64,000 bases of DNA from positions 133 to 64,132 of the forward strand of contig CALKJQ010000035.1 in NCBI GenBank assembly GCA_937995785.1, given 5' to 3'. The stretch is from Candidatus Kapaibacterium sp. Lineage in GTDB: Bacteria; Bacteroidota; Ignavibacteria; Kapaibacteriales; UBA2268. Position numbers and translations under genes: made by a program. The notes under the pieces were generated by a model. It made no database searches, was not told the origin of the DNA, and saw only the letters and a list, made by a program, of their open reading frames with translations. This document shows positions 1-10,310 of this stretch, one piece after another (position 1 is the first letter of the stretch; the number at the start of each line of letters is the position of its first letter).

Positions 1-152
1 ATAGTTTGCTTATTCTTTCGCTTCCCAAAAACCGATCAAGCAAAATCACAAATTTTAAACACTATATAACCGACGCCCCAATATAATACCCCGCAAGTTT
101 ATAATATCAACAAAATAAATCAATATCATTATAAATAATCAAGGAGTAGAAA

Positions 153-1070
153 ATGAAAAGAGACTTCCTATCAGTAAGGGATTTTACGCAAGAAGAAATT
201 TTAGAATCGTTCGAGTTAGCTCGCGATATGAAAAAAGACAGAATGAAATATAACGACTCGCTAAAAGGTCAGACATTAGCATTGATTTTCGAGAAACCAT
301 CATTAAGAACAAGAACCACATTTGACGTGGGAATACAGCAATTGGGCGGTTATTCGTTGTATCTTTCGCCAAACGAAATTAGTTTAGGTAAAAGAGAATC
401 CGTTTATGACGTAGCCAAAAATTTGGAAAGAATGGTGCAAGGAATTATGATTCGCACATTTGCCCATCAAATAGTGGAAGATATGGCAAAACACGCTCGC
501 ATTCCAATAATTAATGGATTGACAGATTTATTGCATCCTTGCCAAGCAATGGCAGATTATTTAACAATATTAGAACACAAGGGAAAGTTGGATAATTCAA
601 TTAAAGTAGTATATGTTGGCGATGGAAATAACGTAGCTCATTCATTAATGTATGCGGGAGCAAGATTGGGAGTGAATGTTACTGTGTCCACCCCACGCGG
701 GTTCGAACCAAATGCGATTGTATGGAAAAATGCAGTCGAGGACGCGCAAACCAAAGGAGCAAAGATAGAAATCGTCCACGATCCAATAGAAGCCGTTAAG
801 GATGCCGATGTGATATACACCGACGTTTGGGCATCAATGGGGCAGGAAAGCGAAACAGAAAAACGCAAGCAAATATTCCATCCCTATCAAGTTAATTCCA
901 AACTAATGAGCTATGCAAAGCCGGATGCTATATTTATGCATTGTTTGCCCGCACACCGTGGCGACGAAGTAACCGACGAAGTAATAGATTCACCACAATC
1001 AGTAGTATTCGACGAAGCCGAAAACCGATTGCATGCTCAAAAAGCAATTATGTATAAATTGATGAAATAG
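153..1070 (+). CDS. argF: Ornithine carbamoyltransferase (anabolic or catabolic)
   Basis: 305 aa. Carries the carbamoyl-P binding motif STRTR (SLRTRTTFDVG), the ornithine-site motif HPCQ (HPCQAMAD) and HCLPA (FMHCLPAHRGDEV); these are diagnostic of ornithine rather than aspartate carbamoyltransferases. AGGAG-like RBS upstream. Confidence 0.85.
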   Translation: MKRDFLSVRDFTQEEILESFELARDMKKDRMKYNDSLKGQTLALIFEKPSLRTRTTFDVGIQQLGGYSLYLSPNEISLGKRESVYDVAKNLERMVQGIMIRTFAHQIVEDMAKHARIPIINGLTDLLHPCQAMADYLTILEHKGKLDNSIKVVYVGDGNNVAHSLMYAGARLGVNVTVSTPRGFEPNAIVWKNAVEDAQTKGAKIEIVHDPIEAVKDADVIYTDVWASMGQESETEKRKQIFHPYQVNSKLMSYAKPDAIFMHCLPAHRGDEVTDEVIDSPQSVVFDEAENRLHAQKAIMYKLMK

Positions 1071-1078
1071 GTTCTTTT

Positions 1079-2032
1079 ATGTCCAAAACAGCGTTAATTG
1101 CAGTTGGCGGTAATTCATTAATTCGTGCTGGTCAGCGAGGTACAATCGAAGAACAGTACGAAAATGCATTAGCCACAGCTCGTGCAATAGCCAAAATGAT
1201 TAAAGATGGTTGGGAAGTAGTGGTAACCCACGGAAATGGTCCCCAAGCTGGTGCCGCCCTAATTCGCTCCGAACGTGGTTCTAACGAAGTTTACACCCAT
1301 ACATTAGATATGTGTGTGGCAACCACACAAAGCGAGATTGGTTATATCCTACAAAGGGCATTTATCCAAGCTTTTCGCGAATTAGAAATTAATAGAGACG
1401 TTCTTACGATACCAACAATGGTGGTTGTCGATCCAAAAGATGCTGCATTCCAAAACCCATCTAAACCAATAGGTCCGTTCTACACACGAGAAATTGCTTT
1501 GCATAAAAAAGAAACGTTAGGTTGGAATGTGGTTGAAGATGCCGCACGCGGATGGCGACGCGTCGTTGCCTCGCCCGAACCTATCGAAATAGTGGAATTA
1601 GATATTATAAAAAAAATAATCGAGTTGAATATTATTGCAATTGCACTCGGTGGAGGTGGTATTCCCGTAATTCGTCAAACCGACCAAACACTTGTCGGTA
1701 GCGAAGCCGTTATCGACAAAGACCGCTCTTCTGCTTTGCTAGCCAATGGATTGAATGTTGATTTGTTTATAATTAGTACGGATGCCGACAAAGTGTATTT
1801 GAATTTCAAAAAAAACAACCAACAAGGATTAGACCTCGTAACTTTGCAAGAAATCGAAAAATACTATAACGAAGGGCATTTTCCACCAGGGAATATGGGA
1901 CCAAAAGTCGAGGCAGTTATGCGATACCTAAGAAACGGAGGCAAGAAGGCAATTATTACAACATTCGATTTCATTCCCGATGCATTGGAAGGTCGTGCCG
2001 GAACAACAATTATTCCAAATAATGAAAAGTGA
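1079..2032 (+). CDS. arcC: Carbamate kinase
   Basis: 317 aa. N-terminus ALIAVGGNSL...VVTHGNGPQ is typical of the carbamate kinase / amino-acid kinase fold. Lies 9 bp after the ornithine carbamoyltransferase gene. Confidence 0.85.
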   Translation: MSKTALIAVGGNSLIRAGQRGTIEEQYENALATARAIAKMIKDGWEVVVTHGNGPQAGAALIRSERGSNEVYTHTLDMCVATTQSEIGYILQRAFIQAFRELEINRDVLTIPTMVVVDPKDAAFQNPSKPIGPFYTREIALHKKETLGWNVVEDAARGWRRVVASPEPIEIVELDIIKKIIELNIIAIALGGGGIPVIRQTDQTLVGSEAVIDKDRSSALLANGLNVDLFIISTDADKVYLNFKKNNQQGLDLVTLQEIEKYYNEGHFPPGNMGPKVEAVMRYLRNGGKKAIITTFDFIPDALEGRAGTTIIPNNEK

Positions 2033-2039
2033 GGATAAA

Positions 2040-2957
2040 ATGAATATAAAACACATTATCGAATCCCAACAATTCAAGGTTCCAAGAATAATGGAATTAT
2101 TCGAACGAACCAATGCTATGAAGAAAATTGTTGCACGTGGTGGAACGTTGGATTACCAAAGCAAGATACTTGCAACACTTTTTTATTCCCCTTCCACAAG
2201 AACACGATTTTCGTTCGAATCGGCAATGTATAGGTTAGGTGGAAAAGTATTAAGCACCGAAAACGCACGCGAATTTTCGTCCGAAATCAAAGACGAAAGG
2301 TTGGAGGATACTATTCGCATAATCAACAATTATTGCGATGTAATAGTTTTGCGACATCACGAAACGGGTGGAGCTCGGCGTGCTGCATCAGTTTCCAATG
2401 TTCCAATTATTAACGCCGGCGACGGCAGTGGTGGTCAGCATCCAACTCAAGCTTTATTGGATTTATACACAATTCATCAAGAATGCCACACAATCGATGG
2501 GCTTTCGGTTGCTTTTATTGGTGCTTTGGATAATGGGCGAACCGCTCGCTCACTGGCATATTTGCTGAGTAAATTCGATAGAGTAAAACTTTACTTTATT
2601 GCACCAAAAGAATTGCAGATGAAACAAGACATTTTGGACCACTTGGACGAACACGAAATAAGCTACGAATTAACCAATACGACCAAGAACATAATAGAAA
2701 AAGTCGATATTTTATACGTCACACGAATAGATCGCGAAAGATTACAAAAGAAAAATGTTAACTTAGAAGAATACAATATCACGCCATCGATACTCAAAAG
2801 ATTAAAGAAAAATGCTCGTATTCTCCATCCATTGCCACGCTCGGTGGAAATTTCTTCCGAAGTAGATAGCGATCCACGAGCTGCCTATTTCCGTCAAGCC
2901 GAGAATGGATTGTATTTGCGTATGGCATTGTTAAGTATGCTATTCGATGGCGAATAA
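2040..2957 (+). CDS. pyrB: Aspartate carbamoyltransferase catalytic-subunit-like carbamoyltransferase
   Basis: STRTR motif (SPSTRTRFSFE). HPTQALLD, the aspartate-site signature (ornithine carbamoyltransferases have HPCQ). ILYVTRIDRERL resembles the pyrB motif LYMTRVQKERF. The ORF track starts at 1980, overlapping arcC; the likelier start is the ATG at 2040, preceded by a GAGGA RBS. No pyrI follows. Confidence 0.7.
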   Translation: MNIKHIIESQQFKVPRIMELFERTNAMKKIVARGGTLDYQSKILATLFYSPSTRTRFSFESAMYRLGGKVLSTENAREFSSEIKDERLEDTIRIINNYCDVIVLRHHETGGARRAASVSNVPIINAGDGSGGQHPTQALLDLYTIHQECHTIDGLSVAFIGALDNGRTARSLAYLLSKFDRVKLYFIAPKELQMKQDILDHLDEHEISYELTNTTKNIIEKVDILYVTRIDRERLQKKNVNLEEYNITPSILKRLKKNARILHPLPRSVEISSEVDSDPRAAYFRQAENGLYLRMALLSMLFDGE

Positions 2958-3020
2958 TTGTTATTATTCAATAGTAATAACATAATATAAAAGATTTGAA
3001 TAATTAATCAAAAATAGAAT

Positions 3021-4223
3021 ATGAAAACACAAGAATTTATCGAAATTGAAAACAAATTAGGTGCTCATAACTACCATCCGCTGGATGTGGTTGTTGAAAG
3101 TGCCGTAGGCGTGTGGGTTACCGATGTGGAAGGCAAAAAATATATGGATTGCCTTTCGGCATATTCTGCAGTTAACCAAGGACATCGCCATCCAAAGATT
3201 TTTAAAGCAATGGTCGAGCAAGCCGAAAAAGTTACTTTAACAAGTCGCGCCTTCCGCAACGACAAATTGCCAATGCTTTATAAAAAATTACACGAAATGA
3301 CCGGATACGAAAAGTTCCTGCCAATGAATACTGGCGCCGAAGCCGTAGAAACTGCAATTAAAACTGCTCGTAAATGGGCTTACAAAGTGAAAGGATTACC
3401 CGAAAATTCAGCCGAGATTATTGTTGCAACCGAAAATTTCCATGGTCGCACCACTACAATCGTTAGCTTTTCGACTGACCCCGATGCCTACGAATTTTAC
3501 GGACCATTCACTCCCGGCTTCAAAATTGCAGAATATGGTAATATCGAGGATTTTAAACAAAAAATCAATAATAATACAGCCGCAATACTCATAGAACCAA
3601 TTCAGGGCGAAGCCGGAATAATCGTGCCACCAAAAGGTTTCCTAAAAGAAATCGAAGCAATTTGCAAAGAAAAAAATATTTTGTTTATTTGCGATGAAAT
3701 TCAATCGGGACTGGGACGAAGTGGCAAATTGTTTGCACACTACTACGAAGGTGTTCGCCCCGATATAGTTGTTGTTGGCAAAGCACTCGGTGGTGGTTTC
3801 TATCCCGTTTCGGGAATTTTGGCAGATAGCCGCATACTCGACGTATTCCAACCAGGAACTCACGGCTCAACTTTTGGTGGAAACCCATTGGCTGCAGCAA
3901 TTGCAATTGCATCGTTGGAGGTAATCGAAGAAGAAAATTTAGCAGAACGCTCATTCGAATTAGGTAATTACTTTGTGGAACAATTAAAAGCAATTAATTC
4001 GCCTTATTTCCACGAAGTTCGAGGTGCGGGACTATGGATTGGTTTGCAATTGAACACCAAAGCTCGTCCATTTACGGAAGCCTTGAAAAACGAAGGAGTT
4101 TTGGCAAAAGAAACACACATTCATACCATTCGATTTGCACCACCATTGGTTATAACAAAGGAGGAAATTGATTGGGCAATCGACAAAATTCGCAAAGTAT
4201 TTAATGAAGTAAAACCCGAATAG
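3021..4223 (+). CDS. rocD: Ornithine--oxo-acid aminotransferase (class III PLP aminotransferase)
   Basis: 400 aa. Class-III aminotransferase motifs (FICDEIQSGLGRSGK, VVGKALGGG) with overall ornithine-aminotransferase-like sequence and length. Confidence 0.8.
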   Translation: MKTQEFIEIENKLGAHNYHPLDVVVESAVGVWVTDVEGKKYMDCLSAYSAVNQGHRHPKIFKAMVEQAEKVTLTSRAFRNDKLPMLYKKLHEMTGYEKFLPMNTGAEAVETAIKTARKWAYKVKGLPENSAEIIVATENFHGRTTTIVSFSTDPDAYEFYGPFTPGFKIAEYGNIEDFKQKINNNTAAILIEPIQGEAGIIVPPKGFLKEIEAICKEKNILFICDEIQSGLGRSGKLFAHYYEGVRPDIVVVGKALGGGFYPVSGILADSRILDVFQPGTHGSTFGGNPLAAAIAIASLEVIEEENLAERSFELGNYFVEQLKAINSPYFHEVRGAGLWIGLQLNTKARPFTEALKNEGVLAKETHIHTIRFAPPLVITKEEIDWAIDKIRKVFNEVKPE

Positions 4224-4278
4224 GTTATATTTAGTATAAATTTATTAATTAAAAATAAACAACAAAAGGAGTTTTTTT

Positions 4279-5601
4279 ATGAATAGAATTAAAGTAATTA
4301 TCATTGGAGCGGCAGGTCGCGATTTCCATAATTTCAACACAGTGTATCGTAATAATCCAAATTACGAAGTCGTTGCTTTCACAGCTGCACAGATTCCCGA
4401 CATTGCTGGTCGAAAATATCCAGCAGAATTAGCAGGCGAATACTATCCAAATGGTATTCCAATTTATGATGAAGCAGATTTAGAAAAATTGATTGTTGAC
4501 TTACAAGCAGAAGAATGCGTTTTATCGTATAGTGATTTACCTTATGATACAGTTATGCATATCGGAAGTCGAGTTATGGCGGCCGGAGCAAAATTTTCGA
4601 TGATGGGTTCCTATCCAACTATGGTTAAATCGACTAAACCTATTATTTCGATTACTGCAATTCGTACGGGTTGCGGTAAGAGCCAAACAACTCGTGCAAT
4701 CGTCAAAGCTTTGATTGCCGAAGGAAAAAAAGTTGTTAGCGTTCGCCACCCAATGCCTTATGGGGATTTGGTTGCCCAAAAAGTTCAACGTTTTGCTGCT
4801 ATCGAGGATTTAGTTAAACATAAATGCACCATCGAGGAAATGGAAGAATACGAACCACACATCGCAATGGGCAGTGTGATTTATGCAGGAGTTGATTACG
4901 AAGCAATTTTACGCGAAGCCGAAAAAGAAGCCGATGTTATTGTTTGGGATGGTGGTAATAACGATATGCCATTTTATACCCCCGACCTATCAATAGTTGT
5001 AGTCGACCCACTTCGCCCAGGTCACGAAATTGGCTACTATCCAGGCGAAGTTAATTTAAGAATGGCTGACGTTGTGGTTGTTAATAAAGTTGATAGTGCC
5101 TATCCCGAAGATGTGGATGAAGTATTGAATAATGTCCGTACATATAATCCAAAAGCACGTATAGTATTGGCTGCATCCGCTTTGATGGTTGATAATCCCG
5201 AATTGATTTTAGGCAAAAAAGTATTGGCTATCGAAGATGGTCCAACATTAACCCACGGCGAAATGACTATTGGTGCTGGCGTGGTTGCCGCCCAACGTTT
5301 TGGTGCTGCCGAATTAGTCGATCCGCGTCCATGGGTTGTTGGCAAAATTGACGAAACTTATCAAAAGTATCCATACATCGGAACTTTGTTACCCGCAATG
5401 GGTTATGGTGAGCAACAAATGAAAGATTTGGAAGAAACAATCAATCGTGTTGAATGCGACTCTGTTGTTATTGGAACACCAATCGATTTGGCTCGTTTTA
5501 TTAAAATTGATAAACCAAATACTCGTGTTTACTACGAATTATCCGAAATTGGCAAACCAGATATGAGGGATTTAGTCAAGGAATTTCTAAATAAAATATA
5601 A
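4279..5601 (+). CDS. Uncharacterised P-loop protein (COG2403-like 'predicted GTPase' / cyclic 2,3-diphosphoglycerate-synthetase-like)
   Basis: 440 aa. N-terminus IIIGAAGRDFHNFN. Internal Walker-A-like motif TGCGKSQTT. Last gene of the arginine/ornithine-related cluster. Family assignment is from memory and uncertain. Confidence 0.5.
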   Translation: MNRIKVIIIGAAGRDFHNFNTVYRNNPNYEVVAFTAAQIPDIAGRKYPAELAGEYYPNGIPIYDEADLEKLIVDLQAEECVLSYSDLPYDTVMHIGSRVMAAGAKFSMMGSYPTMVKSTKPIISITAIRTGCGKSQTTRAIVKALIAEGKKVVSVRHPMPYGDLVAQKVQRFAAIEDLVKHKCTIEEMEEYEPHIAMGSVIYAGVDYEAILREAEKEADVIVWDGGNNDMPFYTPDLSIVVVDPLRPGHEIGYYPGEVNLRMADVVVVNKVDSAYPEDVDEVLNNVRTYNPKARIVLAASALMVDNPELILGKKVLAIEDGPTLTHGEMTIGAGVVAAQRFGAAELVDPRPWVVGKIDETYQKYPYIGTLLPAMGYGEQQMKDLEETINRVECDSVVIGTPIDLARFIKIDKPNTRVYYELSEIGKPDMRDLVKEFLNKI

Positions 5602-5645
5602 ATGTGTGGTTTATTTTACTATCTAATTCACGATTGAATTAGTTT

Positions 5646-5677
5646 AAAAAGCCCCGTTTAGAGCGGGGCTTTTTTTT
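5646..5677. terminator. Bidirectional rho-independent terminator
   Basis: AAAAA-GCCCCG-TTTAGAG-CGGGGC-TTTTTTTT hairpin, between the end of the COG2403-like gene and tRNA-Thr. Confidence 0.75.
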
Positions 5678-5684
5678 GTATTCG

Positions 5685-5757
5685 AGCCATTGAGGGGACT
5701 TGAACCCCTGGCCTGTTCATTACGAGTGAACTGCTCTGCCAGCTGAGCTACAATGGC
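5685..5757 (-). tRNA. tRNA-Thr (anticodon CGT)
   Basis: Minus-strand cloverleaf. Acceptor stem GCCATTG/CAATGGC, anticodon stem GTTCA/TGAAC with loop CTCGTAA, T-arm AGGGG-TTCAAGT-CCCCT. CCA is not encoded. Confidence 0.85.
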
Positions 5758-5786
5758 ATATTGCAAAATTAAATAAAAAAAAATAA

Positions 5787-8030
5787 TTACGATATTTTCT
5801 GCAACTTAGCATAGGCAACCATTATTTGCTTGCGACCAACTGAAGTAAAGTCTATTGTGAGTTTCAAATTTTGATTTTGTCCCGACATAGCCACCACTTT
5901 TCCCTCTCCAAAAAATGGGTGAATAACTCGTTCGCCTAACCTATATCCTTGGTCTTCGGGCAATTGCGAATAACTGCTTTGGCGAGGTTCGTCGTCGAAA
6001 TATTTTTGCTTAATTGGATTTTTTTTATTGAAACCAAAATCTTTAGTATAAAAGTTGCCCGTTTGTGTCTTTATATTCTTAGATGAAATATCGTTCCAAT
6101 CCAATAAATTTTTGTCGATTTCATATAAAAAAGTAGATGGAGATTGGTATTGATACTCACCAAACCTTGCTCTTTGGCGTGCATAGGTTAGATATAGGCG
6201 TTTCTTTGCTCTTGTCATACCCACATAAAATAGCCTGCGTTCTTCTTCTTCCTCTTCTTTGTTGTTTGGTCCACGCATTATTGGGAATAAACCTTTTTCC
6301 AATCCAGTAATAAAAACAACAGGGAATTCCAATCCTTTTGCAGTGTGTATGGTCATCATCGAAACCATCGAGCCATCAAATTGCTTAACATCAAAATCGG
6401 TAAGTAACGATATTTGTTGGAGATAATCGCTTAGATTTTGGTTTGGATTACTGCGTGCAAAAAGAATTATATCATTGATTAACTGGGATATATTATTCCA
6501 TCTTTCGGTCATTTCGGTGCTATCTATTTGGCGATACATTTCGAATAATCCCGTTTGCTCTAAATATTCTGTAACTAATTCATCCAATGGCTTTTCTTCC
6601 AATTGATTTTTATATGTTTGAATTAGTTTTACGAAATTTTTAAGCGTAACAACTGCGCGGGTCTGTAATCCTTCAATTTCATCGGCTTTAGTTAAGCTAT
6701 CAAATAATGATACATTGGAATTCTTTGCATAATTAATAGAATGTTCCAAAGTAGTTTTACCAATTCCTCGAGGTGGTTCATTTATAATTCTTAATAATGA
6801 AATGTTGTCGTTCGAATTGAGGAGTAACCTTAAATAAGCCAGAACATCTTTGATTTCTTTTCTTTGGTAAAAAGATAATCCTCCAAAAATTCGATAAGGA
6901 ATGTTATATGTTCTAAACGATCTTTCAATAATCAATGATTGTGCATTAGTTCTATATAGAATAGCGATATCACCATAGTTCAATTGCTCATTTACGATTT
7001 TTTTGATTTGATGGGCAATCAAACTACCTTCTTCATTATCGTTTTCTGCATCGATAACTTTTGTTTTTTCGCCAAATTCATTTTCTGTCCATAGTTTTTT
7101 AGGAATTTGATTTCGATTATTCTGAATAACCGAATGAGCGGCATCCAATATAGCAGTCGTTGAGCGATAATTTTGCTCCAATCTAATTTGTTTTGCAGCC
7201 GGGAAATCTTTAGTAAAATTTAGGATATTTTTAATTTCTGCACCACGCCACCTGTAAATACTTTGGGCATCGTCGCCGACCACAAATATATTGGAATGGG
7301 CTTTAGCAAGATTCCACACTATTCTGTATTGCGGTTTGTTGGTATCTTGAAACTCATCAACTAAGATATACCTGAATTTTTGTTGATATTTTTCGAGAAT
7401 AGTTTTGTTAGATACAAACAAATCCAAAGTATTTAAAAGTAAATCGTCGAAATCCATTGCTTTGCTTCGGTATAATTCGTCCTGATAATTTAGGTAAAGT
7501 TGCGCTATCTTTTTTTCATAAGTGGTTTGGGCAACTCTCGCATAATCCAATGCATTAATCATCTCGTTTTTTGCTCTGGAAATTGTATGTTGAACAGATT
7601 GGGGCGACATTTCGTTGGACGTGACATTATTATCCTTCATAATTTGTCTAATCAACGACAATGAGTCCTCTTGGTCATAAATTGTGAAGTCTCGATTGTA
7701 TCCAATTTCCTCGGCTTCAATCCTTAAAATTCGAGCAAATATAGAATGGAAAGTACCTGCCCATACCCGGTTGGCTAACGAGTGGTTTAGGATATTGGCA
7801 ATTCGTTCCTTCATTTCGTTTGCGGCTTTGTTGGTAAATGTCAATGCTAATATCTCGGATGGTTCCACTCCCGAATATATCAAATAGGCAACCCTTGTCG
7901 TTAGAACTCGAGTTTTGCCCGACCCCGCTCCAGCAATAACTTGAATTGGTCCATTAATAGCCATTGTGGCTTCCTTTTGGGGAGCATTCATTTGGTTGAT
8001 TATTTCGAAAAGTCTGTCCTGAATTTCCAT
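5787..8030 (-). CDS. uvrD: ATP-dependent DNA helicase, UvrD/PcrA family
   Basis: 747 aa. Walker A GAGSGKT. Helicase motifs DEFQDTN and VGDDAQSIYRWRGA. C-terminal UvrD_C (VGMTRAKKRLYLTYA). Confidence 0.85.
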   Translation of the reverse strand: MEIQDRLFEIINQMNAPQKEATMAINGPIQVIAGAGSGKTRVLTTRVAYLIYSGVEPSEILALTFTNKAANEMKERIANILNHSLANRVWAGTFHSIFARILRIEAEEIGYNRDFTIYDQEDSLSLIRQIMKDNNVTSNEMSPQSVQHTISRAKNEMINALDYARVAQTTYEKKIAQLYLNYQDELYRSKAMDFDDLLLNTLDLFVSNKTILEKYQQKFRYILVDEFQDTNKPQYRIVWNLAKAHSNIFVVGDDAQSIYRWRGAEIKNILNFTKDFPAAKQIRLEQNYRSTTAILDAAHSVIQNNRNQIPKKLWTENEFGEKTKVIDAENDNEEGSLIAHQIKKIVNEQLNYGDIAILYRTNAQSLIIERSFRTYNIPYRIFGGLSFYQRKEIKDVLAYLRLLLNSNDNISLLRIINEPPRGIGKTTLEHSINYAKNSNVSLFDSLTKADEIEGLQTRAVVTLKNFVKLIQTYKNQLEEKPLDELVTEYLEQTGLFEMYRQIDSTEMTERWNNISQLINDIILFARSNPNQNLSDYLQQISLLTDFDVKQFDGSMVSMMTIHTAKGLEFPVVFITGLEKGLFPIMRGPNNKEEEEEERRLFYVGMTRAKKRLYLTYARQRARFGEYQYQSPSTFLYEIDKNLLDWNDISSKNIKTQTGNFYTKDFGFNKKNPIKQKYFDDEPRQSSYSQLPEDQGYRLGERVIHPFFGEGKVVAMSGQNQNLKLTIDFTSVGRKQIMVAYAKLQKIS

Positions 8031-8058
8031 AAAGTTAAGTTAGTAACAAATATAACAA

Positions 8059-8982
8059 TTATAACGCATAGCTAAATCCAATACCTAAGTTATGTTTTAT
8101 TTGCAGTCTCGGTCCGGTGCCAATCTGAGTTTTTTTGCCATCGATATCTTTGAATATTGGAATTGGAATATCTTGATCATAAATAAAATGCATAAACAAA
8201 TTGGCTGAAATGTAGTCATTAACTTTAAAAAAAATAGAGGTTTCGGAGTTAATATCGATGTTTTTTCTATTTCCTAAATCGGGGTCGGTGTAATTATTGA
8301 ACAAATCGAGTTTGGTTTGCACCTTAACATTTTCCAAAGGGACAAACGTGTAGTTGATTGAAGTAGCAATACCAAAGTCAAATCTCACTCGGGTACCTTT
8401 TTCGATTAATACGCCTGCACTATCATACTTGGCAGGCTTAACGCCAAAAGCACCTTTGTTAGCAAGCTCTTCGTCCTCAACGAAAGTTGTTCGACCCGAC
8501 AACGGCGATAATGATATGGATAAATTGTCGTATGGTTTAAAATCCAAACCTAAGTTGGCAATTAGATAGGCAGGAGCAAAAAATTTGGAGACAATGTCCT
8601 TGTCGTTGGGGTATTGGTAACCATTATCGAACTGGGTTCGGAAAATCAAATTAAATGAATAATAATACTGAGTGAAAGCTCTATAACCTAACTTTGTGGA
8701 TAATTCAATTTTATCTTCATTTTTACGAAATGAATAGTTTTCGCTTGTTTGGAAACCATAACCCATTGCAGCTACATTTTCCCAAATAAAATTTGTATCG
8801 GGGCTGTTATAGCGTGCCTGGTAATTAAATAGAGCTATAATCGATAGTTGATTTTCACCACCCTTTGCCCAATTAGAAAACATCATTTCGTTCAGCAAAG
8901 TGCTAAAGTTGCCATTGCTTTTCCAATCCATTGCAAAAGAACTGCTGTAAAGCAAAAAGAACAAAATAAGTATTTTTTTCAT
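8059..8982 (-). CDS. Outer-membrane beta-barrel protein (DUF3078-like), signal peptide
   Basis: Signal peptide MKKILILFFLLYSSSFA. Likely start is the ATG at 8982 rather than the track start at 9015. Alternating beta-strand pattern with C-terminal F-x-Y-A-L. Confidence 0.5.
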   Translation of the reverse strand: MKKILILFFLLYSSSFAMDWKSNGNFSTLLNEMMFSNWAKGGENQLSIIALFNYQARYNSPDTNFIWENVAAMGYGFQTSENYSFRKNEDKIELSTKLGYRAFTQYYYSFNLIFRTQFDNGYQYPNDKDIVSKFFAPAYLIANLGLDFKPYDNLSISLSPLSGRTTFVEDEELANKGAFGVKPAKYDSAGVLIEKGTRVRFDFGIATSINYTFVPLENVKVQTKLDLFNNYTDPDLGNRKNIDINSETSIFFKVNDYISANLFMHFIYDQDIPIPIFKDIDGKKTQIGTGPRLQIKHNLGIGFSYAL

Positions 8983-9084
8983 CTTGACTCTTTCAAAAAA
9001 TTTAAAATTAATCAATCTTAATTAATTCAAATTATTCTTTGGATAACTCGTTAATAATATTTTAGAAAAATACAAAATAAATAA

Positions 9085-10197
9085 ATGATAAAGACAAAAT
9101 CGGCTTTTCTTTTTTTTATTCTTTCAGTATTATTTATTTATGGCATATCTAATGCGACAGAAAGAAAACCCTTAACAGCCTATTTAATAGATTCATTGTG
9201 GCATATCGTCGATTATGATGGGAAATTAATGTTCAAACCAATAAAATTAGCTAAAATTCAAGGATTTTCCGAAGGATATTTAACTGTTGCAAAAGTTATT
9301 AATAAGGATACAGTTTGGGGCTTTCTTTCATTAGATGGTCGATTTGGGGTGCCACCAAATTCCCGTTGGGTTGGTTTATTCAAAAATGGCTATGCACTTT
9401 ATGCCAATTGGTATCCCGGGACAGGTGATTTAAAATATTATGGATATGTTCGTAACGACGGAACTATAGTTTGTCCGCCAAAGTATTTGGAAGCTACTGA
9501 ATTTAGCGATGGAGTTGCATTTGTGATGAACTTCGACGAAAGAGGATATATCGATTCCACTTGCCAGATTGTCCGCAAATTTTCGCAAGGGTTTGGCGAG
9601 GCATTCTCCGAAAACTTTGCTGTTGTTCAAGATACTGCAGGAAATTTTGGATATATTAATCGTGATTTTCAAATAAAAATTAAATTAGATTTCGAAGAAG
9701 CATATAGTTTTTCGGATGGATTGGCAAGGGTCAACAAAAATGGATTGTTTGGATTTATCGACTCTACTGGGGAATTCGTTGCCCCTCCTTTGTTCTATAC
9801 AGCAACCGATTTTAAAGAGACTCGGGCATTTGTTGGACAAGGTGAACAGATGCAATCACTTCGTTGGGCATTGATTTCACCAAGAGGGATAAAACTAACC
9901 GACCACATATATTCGGAAATAAACGATTTCTCCGAAGGATTAGCCGCAGTCCGCTCCGACGACAAATGGTTTTATATCACATTGATGGGCGAAAGATTTA
10001 ATAGTAACGAATACGAATATTGTGGTTCTTATGTTGATGGATTAGCCTTTGCCAGGACAAAAGAGAAAAAGAAAAAAACATCTATTCTTACCAACGGCTT
10101 TATTGATATTACGGGAAAATTTGCTCTTAAATTACCATCCAAAACTCGTAAAATTATCGATCTCAGAACAAATAAAACATTTGAATTTGCGGAATAA
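9085..10197 (+). CDS. WG-repeat (KWG) containing secreted protein
   Basis: Signal peptide followed by repeated units of the form G(L/F)ARV..NG(L/K)(W/F)G(F/Y)ID..G..V..P.Y. Confidence 0.6.
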   Translation: MIKTKSAFLFFILSVLFIYGISNATERKPLTAYLIDSLWHIVDYDGKLMFKPIKLAKIQGFSEGYLTVAKVINKDTVWGFLSLDGRFGVPPNSRWVGLFKNGYALYANWYPGTGDLKYYGYVRNDGTIVCPPKYLEATEFSDGVAFVMNFDERGYIDSTCQIVRKFSQGFGEAFSENFAVVQDTAGNFGYINRDFQIKIKLDFEEAYSFSDGLARVNKNGLFGFIDSTGEFVAPPLFYTATDFKETRAFVGQGEQMQSLRWALISPRGIKLTDHIYSEINDFSEGLAAVRSDDKWFYITLMGERFNSNEYEYCGSYVDGLAFARTKEKKKKTSILTNGFIDITGKFALKLPSKTRKIIDLRTNKTFEFAE

Positions 10198-10302
10198 ACA
10201 TTTTAATCTAATATCAGAGGAGGTGGTGCCCAATGGGAGAAAAACCCAAATACTCCCCAACAGAAATTTTGACAATTGGAAGGGTGGGGGGGTAGCATTG
10301 CA

Positions 10303-10310
10303 TAATTTTG
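10303..10310 (+). promoter_or_regulatory. Candidate FCB-type -7 promoter element TAnnTTTG
   Basis: TAATTTTG lies 36 bp upstream of the TTG start of the M16 peptidase gene. Confidence 0.35.

Noticed and set aside
5625-5648. 8-bp inverted repeat CTAATTCA/TGAATTAG just upstream of the terminator near tRNA-Thr
   Set aside because: Short, AT-rich, and explained by proximity to the terminator. No sign of an att site or an integrated element between the tRNA and uvrD.
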